From the NCBI RefSeq assembly GCF_030013595.1, contig NZ_CP122768.1: a DNA stretch of 64,000 nt. One strand, written 5' to 3'. Below, piece by piece: positions 9,793-16,394 of the stretch (position 1 is the stretch's first letter; every line of letters begins with the position of its first letter). The position numbers and the translations under genes were made by a program. The DNA is from Escherichia coli (GTDB lineage: Bacteria; Pseudomonadota; Gammaproteobacteria; Enterobacterales; Enterobacteriaceae). Under the pieces are notes generated by a model that did no database searches, was not told the DNA's origin, and was given only the letters and a program-made list of their open reading frames with translations.

Positions 9793-9835
9793 TCACAATT
9801 TGTGGGAGTCGGGAAACATCCACAATTTGTGGGAG
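9793..9835. repeat. Two direct copies of CACAATTTGTGGGAGT (27-bp period), each with an 11-bp palindromic core CACAA-T-TTGTG
   Basis: Read directly; lies between two convergent terminators. Confidence 0.6.
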
Positions 9836-9844
9836 TTGGATAGT

Positions 9845-9872
9845 AAAAAGCCCCACCATTACGGCAGGGCTT
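9845..9872 (-). terminator. Rho-independent terminator of the 183-aa gene
   Basis: Minus-sense AGCCCTGCCGTAATGGTGGGGCT followed by TTTTT. Confidence 0.55.
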
Positions 9873-9876
9873 CTAA

Positions 9877-10428
9877 TCAGATTCCGAAGATGTCACATAG
9901 GTCGGCTGTGTGGCGTTCTTGTTTTGAATAGTAAATCCGTTCAGCTTCATATAACGTGATAGAATCATCATTAACGACGGTTTCAAACTCCCCTTCTATT
10001 ACCCTTTCTGTGTGCGCTTTACTGCGTAATTCGGCCTCTTCCATGCGATATAAGCCAATACAGATACTACCATATACACCATATTTTTTCTCGTCGAGAT
10101 GGCGACGACCTTTGCGTTGTTCGAACGGAAGATCGTAAGCGGTTATCTTTTTGCGGCGAACTCGATCATATCCACTCTCTTTGGCATCAATCATCATACT
10201 AATCAACATCCCACATTTAACAAGGGATTCAAGGCACTGACGAATAGAATTAGTTCTTGATTGTTTTAATTCTGGGTTAGGATCGTAATATGGATTATCT
10301 ATCCATGATTCATGAATAAGGAAATGTACGTCATCAGCCGTTAAAGGCCAACCACCAACACTTTCAACATCGGTCTTAGTACAATCAAACAGATCCAGAA
10401 TGAATTTCTTTTTGTGCGTCATTTTCAT
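9877..10428 (-). CDS. Hypothetical protein, 183 aa
   Basis: ORF track; last gene of a four-gene minus-strand operon; no family recognised. Confidence 0.45.
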   Translation of the reverse strand: MKMTHKKKFILDLFDCTKTDVESVGGWPLTADDVHFLIHESWIDNPYYDPNPELKQSRTNSIRQCLESLVKCGMLISMMIDAKESGYDRVRRKKITAYDLPFEQRKGRRHLDEKKYGVYGSICIGLYRMEEAELRSKAHTERVIEGEFETVVNDDSITLYEAERIYYSKQERHTADLCDIFGI

Positions 10429-10523
10429 AATGTTCTATCCTCAAAATACTTAAAAAGTACCATGCCGATTTTCGCGGCATGGTCAAAAAATCACCATACA
10501 CCCAATGGGCGTTTGGTTAAAAA

Positions 10524-11363
10524 TTAGATACCAAAGACAGCAAGTGATCCGGCGTTCTTACGAATCAATGCGGCGGTATTATTAACGATTGCACGAGCAT
10601 TGTTAGGCTGCGGTAATTTCAAAGTTGCTATCGTCTCTTCCTCAATCAAGCCCAATTCAACCAGCACTGGTAAACAGTCAGTTGTGAACTCAAGCTGACC
10701 ATGTGCTGATTGTCGGGCATACATGTAAGCAGGAGGAAGAACATCATAGCCACAAGGCTTACCAGAAGCATCCAGACGGCGCTCAATGTGTTTAGCCTCA
10801 CACAATCCCTTAAGAATACGTTGTACCTTCGTAGAGCCTCGTTTTTCGCCCAATAAGCGGGTTAAGCTGTGCCCGTCAATGGCACGGCGAACATGAAGAT
10901 CAATTAATTGTTCTTTTTCTTCCGCTAAAGTCAGAGCCTTACGAATCCAATCAACTTCGGTCATCTTGCTTGCGTCTGGGAAAGCGTTATTCTTTAATTC
11001 TTCATTTTCTTTCTTCAAACGCTGCCATTCATCAACCAGCATTGCGGTATAAACCGGATCGGTCTGTGCGATAACAATGTAGCTATCACGTTCAGTCAGA
11101 AGATAAACTTCAATTGGTTTGCCTTTACGGCCTAAACGGTCAGTTTTTGACCAAAACGCCACTGGCGGTTTGGTTACAATTTGAGCTTCAACCAGACGAT
11201 CAACCGTTCTCATAATATCGGTGTGACGGTTTTCACGCCCCATTAGTTCAGCAATACGCCAGGTAGAAATTGATAATTCTTTCTCTACAGAGTCATTTGC
11301 AGCAGTCAGGTCAACAGAAGAAGCAGTTTTAACAGCAGTATTCATAGTAGTAACAGTATTCAT
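10524..11363 (-). CDS. Rha-family phage regulatory protein (antirepressor-like), 279 aa
   Basis: ORF track; N-terminal ..STWRIAELMGRENRHTDIMRTVDRL.. resembles the Rha-domain pattern (recalled); C-terminal domain unrecognised. Confidence 0.5.
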   Translation of the reverse strand: MNTVTTMNTAVKTASSVDLTAANDSVEKELSISTWRIAELMGRENRHTDIMRTVDRLVEAQIVTKPPVAFWSKTDRLGRKGKPIEVYLLTERDSYIVIAQTDPVYTAMLVDEWQRLKKENEELKNNAFPDASKMTEVDWIRKALTLAEEKEQLIDLHVRRAIDGHSLTRLLGEKRGSTKVQRILKGLCEAKHIERRLDASGKPCGYDVLPPAYMYARQSAHGQLEFTTDCLPVLVELGLIEEETIATLKLPQPNNARAIVNNTAALIRKNAGSLAVFGI

Positions 11364-11451
11364 AGTAGTAATTCCCCTTTCGGTTTAGTGATATTGATCC
11401 TCCTAGTTCCGGCATCACCACCGGAACATTTTTATTTATGATAGAAATTTA

Positions 11452-11784
11452 TTACCAATCGATTTCTACTTGGTCTTCTTCATAATAAGGAATCGCATAT
11501 TCATAACGCCAATTTTCGATGATTTCACGTTCTTCATTAGTAAGAAGGTGATTGTTAACTGGAGTCGCATTGTGATTACCAGCTTCGAATTGCTCGCGAA
11601 CTTCCAGCATTGCATGAATACCAGTTAAGGACATCAGATCAAACGGAACATGCATACTACGGGAGATTGTTTCACGGGATACGCCCCAATCATTTTCTAC
11701 ATGGCTAGGGGTTACAGAAACGGTTTTGCCGGAGATTTTAACAGTCCAGTCATACAGGGATTTAGTGATGGTAAATTCTTTCAT
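11452..11784 (-). CDS. Hypothetical protein, 110 aa
   Basis: ORF track; directly downstream of a consensus promoter. Confidence 0.4.
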   Translation of the reverse strand: MKEFTITKSLYDWTVKISGKTVSVTPSHVENDWGVSRETISRSMHVPFDLMSLTGIHAMLEVREQFEAGNHNATPVNNHLLTNEEREIIENWRYEYAIPYYEEDQVEIDW

Positions 11785-11825
11785 GTTACATCCTCTTTAC
11801 AAATCTAGGTCAAATAGGTTCAAAG

Positions 11826-11883
11826 TTGTCAAGTGCGATAATCATAAAAAAGTTTGAAGATATTGTCAAATACCACTTGACAA
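11826..11883 (-). promoter_or_regulatory. Consensus sigma70 promoter (TTGACA-17-TATGAT, minus strand) bracketed by a 10-bp inverted repeat TTGTCAAGTG / CACTTGACAA
   Basis: -35 at plus 11864-11869, -10 at plus 11841-11846; inverted-repeat arms at 11826-11835 and 11874-11883. Confidence 0.5.
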
Positions 11884-11905
11884 GACACCAAAGGGTTGAC
11901 CTAAC

Positions 11906-12094
11906 TTACAGCATATCTAAGCCTTCATCGTAACCGTAGAAGCCATTCTGAGAAGAGAAGCAGATTGGTGCGTAGTCGTCGTCATCTTCGTCTTGTTCAT
12001 CTTGTTCTGGGGCTTCCTGAGCGGTTTCTTTGCCGTAGTTAAACATGGCTTCATCCAGTTCATAGTGGAAATCCTCTAAAAGAAAGTGAATCAA
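11906..12094 (-). CDS. Small strongly acidic protein (62 aa from TTG; 46 aa from internal ATG); frame uncertain
   Basis: ORF track (TTG start); acidic run EAPEQDEQDEDDDDY; an alternative overlapping frame has the better SD. Confidence 0.25.
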   Translation of the reverse strand: MIHFLLEDFHYELDEAMFNYGKETAQEAPEQDEQDEDDDDYAPICFSSQNGFYGYDEGLDML

Positions 12095-12700
12095 TCTAAT
12101 ATTATTTATAAAGAGAAAATTCTTGTTATTATGAAAGGAGTGATCTGGTAGAGTCCAAAACTGGTCTGTACTTGAAAGGTGATTGGATTCAGTCGGGCAA
12201 AGCCCTCCTTCATGTTTTGATTAAATCATCATCAAAACGAAGAAGTATCTTTAGAATATAAGATCTTTCTTTTGGAGAAATAATAATCAGGAAGCAATTT
12301 GGCAACCGAAGGTTGCAATCCCGAAGGGATAACCAATACCTTTCTAGAAAGTGATTGTTACTCACTTCGTTCGTTTACTAGAATCAGTTATCATCTGGTA
12401 TTAAATCCCTTTCTAAGAAAATCCTTTCAAAAGTGATTCTCGATGCCACGCAGTGGCGTCGCAGACGTTTGGGAGTGAGCGAAGCGAGCGAGCAAACTAG
12501 TTAATTCCTTCTAAGACCATCTAGTATCATCTAGTTTAAATTAGTTGTTACTAGAAGCAATTGGTTGGCGCTTCGCGCAGTCGGGCTAAAGCCCTCCTAA
12601 TTATCTTTTTGGTTATTTGTTGTTTTTAGTTTTACACATGAGCGTAGCGAATGTGTTATATAATATCTATGCACGCCCAATCCCCCGCTTTTTCCCCTCA
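12095..12700. other. ~600 bp hairpin-dense non-coding region (candidate structured RNA or DNA-level origin/packaging signals)
   Basis: No ORF; many short-loop hairpins (GCAACC-GAA-GGTTGC, ATCCC-GAA-GGGAT, GCCAC-GCA-GTGGC, GCGC-TTC-GCGC); CTAG-rich; ~20-bp direct repeats CAGTCGGGC(T)AAAGCCCTCCT at ~12190-12209 and ~12578-12598. Confidence 0.5.
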
Positions 12701-12743
12701 CTAAGTTAATGTTTTATAAAGAGTTTTTCTCACCAATCCTTTT

Positions 12744-12931
12744 CGGGGGCAAATTTCAGGGGCAAAAATTAGATTTTCAGGGGCAAAAATAGTGGGTTTC
12801 AGGGGCAAAAATGAGGGGCAAAATCACTGTTTCCCAGAATTTCAGGGGCAAAAATAGTGGGTTTCAGGGGCAAAAATGGGATGTGGAATCTAGGGGATTT
12901 TGGTTCAGGGGCAAAATTCAGGGGCAATTTT
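12744..12931 (+). repeat. Iteron array: 9 copies of (TTCA)GGGGCAAAAAT, including an exact 38-bp duplication
   Basis: Read directly; copies at ~12746, 12759, 12780, 12802, 12815, 12845, 12867, 12908, 12921; 38-mer TTCAGGGGCAAAAATAGTGGGTTTCAGGGGCAAAAATG at 12777 and 12841. Confidence 0.85.
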
Positions 12932-12968
12932 CATAGTGTAGGGCTAGTGTAGGTTTGAAAATCCTTTG

Positions 12969-13025
12969 TTGACACTGTGTAGGATCGGTGGTATACTTGA
13001 AAATTCGAGATAAATATGTTATAAT
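12969..13025 (+). promoter_or_regulatory. Tandem near-consensus sigma70 promoters next to the iterons
   Basis: P1 TTGACA (12969-12974), 17 bp, TATACT (12992-12997); P2 TTGAAA (12997-13002), 17 bp, TGtTATAAT (13017-13025). Confidence 0.55.
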
Positions 13026-13171
13026 ATTTGTATTGAAAGTGAAAATTTACCGATTTTCCTTCCTATTGTTATCACCGTGTTAAATTGTTATATGTCTGTG
13101 AAGATTTGGATCTGAGAGAAAATCTTGTAACAAATCTTTACAATTCATAGCTCAATTAATGCTCACCGCTT

Positions 13172-13310
13172 TAGCAAAAAGTGCTATGCCTTTTTCTAAA
13201 TTGATTGAATATACATCAATTTGGTTAAATCGTGTTCTTCGCTTTAGCAATTCGTGCTGTGGTTTAACACATTTAACACGTCTGATAACATCTGAATAAC
13301 ATTTTAACAT
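13172..13310 (+). promoter_or_regulatory. Operator-like palindromes and phased TAACAY repeats upstream of the 60-aa gene
   Basis: TAGCAaaaagTGCTA (13172-13186) and TAGCAattcgTGCTg (13245-13259); five TAACAC/TAACAT copies at ~10-11 bp spacing in 13264-13310. Confidence 0.45.
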
Positions 13311-13445
13311 ATCTCTGTTATAAATACATATATAAGAGATAAATGTGAGGGGTTGAAAAATAAAATACAATCCCATATAAATAATAGTGAGCGGTTAACG
13401 CTCTTTTTTAAGAAATCATTAATCCACATTGTAGGAGGATTCGAG

Positions 13446-13628
13446 ATGGCACGACCTGTTAAGTTCACTCGCGAAATCATCTTAGAAATGGCTAAACGCT
13501 ACTTTGAGTTAACGCCGGGTGTGAGAATTGAAGAGTGGTTTAAAAATGAGGGCATCGATAAATCAACCTTTCATAAACTGCTAAAACGATATGACATTAA
13601 AGTGAAGATTGAAGCTACCGTTTGGTAA
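13446..13628 (+). CDS. Small putative DNA-binding protein, 60 aa (paralog of 9499..9732)
   Basis: ATG with AGGAGGA SD inside tracked ORF 13353..13628 (which begins at TTG); MARPVKFTRE motif. Confidence 0.5.
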   Translation: MARPVKFTREIILEMAKRYFELTPGVRIEEWFKNEGIDKSTFHKLLKRYDIKVKIEATVW

Positions 13629-13742
13629 TCAACTTTGACTGAGAATTATATGATGGCTTTAAAAAAGAAAAAGCCTCCTTTGCTGCAACAAGGGAGGCTT
13701 GAAATGAACAATTAAAACTAACTTTCCATAGGAGTATTTATA

Positions 13743-14684
13743 ATGTTATTTTCCGCTAACTTTTTCACTAACGAAGTAACCAACGCTAAAGCAGTTATCA
13801 AATTTGGCACCGAAGCAAACAAGAAGATTCAGCCGAAAGTTGTTGCTCATGTTTCCTTTGCGCAGCAGAAATCCGCTTTCGCTGGCTTTAAAGCACATCG
13901 TGAAGCACTGATCGCGGCTGGCTTTGGTGTTGACGGTAAACTGCCTAACGGCATTCGTAAAGCAATCGACCGCGTTAAACCAGTTAAAGACGTTGCAGTA
14001 GACCACATCGTTACTTTTACCGTTAAGAACTCTTCTGAACTGTTCCACCTGGTTATTGCTGGTGATACTGCTATCGTTTCCGCTCCTAACATGGATTTTC
14101 AGGATACCGCTGATTGCCAGATCACCTTCGGTCGTCGTAAAGAAGTTACCGGAAAAGCTAAACTGAACTTCACTAAATCCGGCAATCCTTACTTTGCTGT
14201 ATTCTTTAACAGCCACGCTACCGAAAAAGAAGTTGTAGAACTGGTTGCTTATGAAGGTGAAGAGAAAGAACGTATTGAATCTTGCGAAGCATTTCTGGAA
14301 CTGGAAGCACAGGTGAATGCTGTTTCTCCGGTTGTTGAAGATCGCTTTGCTGCACTGGAAGCACAGATCGCAGAACTGAAAGCTGCACTGGAAGAAAAAG
14401 ACCAGATTATCGAAGCACAGAAAGCTGAGATTGAAGAACTGAAAGCTAAAGAAGTTGCTCCGGTGGCAGTAGTTGAAAACGCGGCTGATGAGGCCGCAAA
14501 TGATGAAGTAGAAGTGAAAATCGATGTGATGCGTGATCCGATGGCTGCACTGCAATTACTTCGTTCTTTTAAGGGCAAATCTCATTTTTCTAGTGATGTA
14601 GAAGATGAGGAAGAAGAACAGAAACGCAATGCTGCAATGCTTCATGATGAAATGTACGGTACTAACTTTTCTTACTGCCAATAA
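13743..14684 (+). CDS. Hypothetical protein, 313 aa: unrecognised N-terminal domain, coiled-coil, acidic C-terminal tail
   Basis: ORF track; AGGAG SD; heptad-like ALEAQIAELKAALEEKDQIIEAQKAEIEELKAKE; no NTPase or nuclease motif seen. Confidence 0.5.
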   Translation: MLFSANFFTNEVTNAKAVIKFGTEANKKIQPKVVAHVSFAQQKSAFAGFKAHREALIAAGFGVDGKLPNGIRKAIDRVKPVKDVAVDHIVTFTVKNSSELFHLVIAGDTAIVSAPNMDFQDTADCQITFGRRKEVTGKAKLNFTKSGNPYFAVFFNSHATEKEVVELVAYEGEEKERIESCEAFLELEAQVNAVSPVVEDRFAALEAQIAELKAALEEKDQIIEAQKAEIEELKAKEVAPVAVVENAADEAANDEVEVKIDVMRDPMAALQLLRSFKGKSHFSSDVEDEEEEQKRNAAMLHDEMYGTNFSYCQ

Positions 14685-14707
14685 AAAAAGGGACTCCGAA
14701 GAGTCCC
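14684..14707. terminator. Terminator hairpin (A-run/hairpin; works for minus-sense transcripts, possibly bidirectional)
   Basis: AAAAAA then GGGACTCCGAAGAGTCCC immediately after the 313-aa stop. Confidence 0.5.
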
Positions 14708-14780
14708 TAGTAAGTTTAGGTTAGGTTTGCACAACAAAGATGAGGTTATAATGAATATAATGCTACATTATTCTTTAAAG

Positions 14781-14811
14781 CCAGAAAAATAACCGCCCCC
14801 TTCGGGGCGGG
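14781..14811 (-). terminator. Second minus-sense terminator hairpin
   Basis: CCGCCCCCTTCGGGGCGG with T-rich tract on the minus sense; ~100 bp from the previous hairpin. Confidence 0.4.
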
Positions 14812-14968
14812 AGGATTAATACTCAATCTATACTTGTTATGTTTTTATGTTGTATAGTCACTGACTATGAAAACACTGTACTGAATGTGTTTTATGGCTT
14901 TTAATCGGGAACTCTCTTTCGAAAATTCCCTGTTAAAACCACATAAGGAGAAAAGGCAGATTACAATA

Positions 14969-15253
14969 TTATTTAGTCTGTTTGAAAACGAACGTTAAAA
15001 ATTCGATTAAGCAATATACCCAAAGTACGGTCAGCATCAAATGCATAGCAATAGTTGGATGGAAGTTAAAAAGTGTCATACTAACTAGGCCAACAATATA
15101 AGAAATTCCTTCGACAATTAACGCAAGGCTAGCAAATGCAACAAACGCACCTAAGAATAATTCGCCTCGTTCTTTCGGTTCGGTTCCGAGTTTATAAGCA
15201 GAGATAGCAGCCAGAATAGTAATGATGACAGCATAGGTAATAAAAGTAGCCAT
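14969..15253 (-). CDS. Small membrane protein, 94 aa (three predicted TM helices)
   Basis: ORF track; AAGAGGA SD; hydrophobic segments separated by charged loops. Confidence 0.5.
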   Translation of the reverse strand: MATFITYAVIITILAAISAYKLGTEPKERGELFLGAFVAFASLALIVEGISYIVGLVSMTLFNFHPTIAMHLMLTVLWVYCLIEFLTFVFKQTK

Positions 15254-15269
15254 AGTTTTATATCCTCTT

Positions 15270-15298
15270 AAAAGTTAAGCGGGGGATGTTCTCCCCCG
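15270..15298 (-). terminator. Terminator after the terS-like gene
   Basis: Hairpin CGGGGGATGTTCTCCCCCG with T-rich minus-sense tail. Confidence 0.45.
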
Positions 15299-15345
15299 TA
15301 GACGTTGACCATCAACATCTTTCATACATTTATTTATAACGCGTT

Positions 15346-15903
15346 TTAAGACACATCAAATTCATCGTCTTCTTCTGGTTCTTGTTCTTCCGGTTCATCC
15401 ATTAATGGTAATTCTTCTTCCTCGTCTTCTCCCAAATCTGCATTTTCGAACAAGTCCCCTACTTCATTTAAACGACGCTCGATGATCTCCCTTAGCTTAT
15501 TCTTTAATGTTTTCTGGTCATTGGCAGATTCGAGAATTTCTAGGGCATCGATCGTACAAATCTGCAAAATAGTCTGCTTCACTTTCCCGCAATATTCCGC
15601 TAGTTGCTGTTCTACATAACCGACAGGAATCAGGAGGTTCATTTTTTCCTGATTCTCTCGTTCGGCTGCATCTGCCATTGCTCTTTCTCTGCGGAGACGT
15701 TCTTGATCAATCGCTTCTTTGATTGAAGTTTGTTTAAGTGGGTTAATTACGTTCTTTAGCACCCAATCGCAACCTTCCTTTGCCGGAACACGCCTCTTAT
15801 TGGTATTGTAAGGTAGTCCCCTTTCTAACCATCGCTTACCGCCACCATTCAATGTATAGCCATATAAACGGGAAATTTCTGTAAGGGTTAATTCTTCTTT
15901 CAT
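15346..15903 (-). CDS. Nu1-like small terminase subunit candidate (winged-HTH protein with acidic C-terminus), 185 aa
   Basis: ORF track; strong GGAGGA SD; GGGK and W.ERGLP motifs loosely like lambda Nu1 (recalled); first gene inside the element boundary. Confidence 0.4.
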   Translation of the reverse strand: MKEELTLTEISRLYGYTLNGGGKRWLERGLPYNTNKRRVPAKEGCDWVLKNVINPLKQTSIKEAIDQERLRRERAMADAAERENQEKMNLLIPVGYVEQQLAEYCGKVKQTILQICTIDALEILESANDQKTLKNKLREIIERRLNEVGDLFENADLGEDEEEELPLMDEPEEQEPEEDDEFDVS

Positions 15904-16350
15904 TGGTTATCCTCCATTAAATTTGCGTAATTTTATTTATTGGTTTTACGCAAAATCTAAGCGCCTAAATCGCATTCTAACGAAGGGAAAGATCCAGTAA
16001 TGGTAAGGGCTAGGAAGTGGGTTAATAGTCGCGTAGCGACCGCGCTAGGACTGCACTGATCACGTTTTAAAATCTCACACGCACATCAAAAACCGGGGTG
16101 CCGAAAACTCGCTTTATCTGACCCCGATCCAGAACCTAAATCATTTGTCAAGTCTTTCCGATTCAGTAAAGGGGAACATGCATCTAAGCTAGAGAAGCTC
16201 ATAAAGACTAAGTATGAATGCGGTGTTGTTAGTCGGGATGATATGCGAGACGGTTACACTGAAACGCTACCATTTGAAGCATTGCCGGAGATCATCACTA
16301 TCACCAACAAAATGATAAGCGAAAGCATCCTCGTAAGTAATTGATTCCTA

Positions 16351-16380
16351 AGCCCTGTCCTTGTGATGGGGCTTTTTTAT
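16351..16380 (+). terminator. Hairpin plus T-run at the element edge (third member of the AGCCCTG...GGGGCTTTTT family)
   Basis: AGCCCTGTCCTTGTGATGGGGCT followed by TTTTTT. Confidence 0.45.
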
Positions 16381-16394
16381 TGGAAAAATTTTAG

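Noticed and set aside
12744-12931. Iteron array as a CRISPR array
   Set aside because: Intervals between repeats are 0-12 bp, far too short for spacers, and there are no cas genes.
13152-13376. Minus-strand ORF 13152..13376 (74 aa)
   Set aside because: Lies in the AT-rich promoter/operator tract with no SD; likely a chance ORF.
13746-14578. Minus-strand ORFs antisense to the 313-aa gene (13746..14555, 13847..14092, 14249..14578)
   Set aside because: Low-complexity shadows of a gene with good SD and coiled-coil periodicity.
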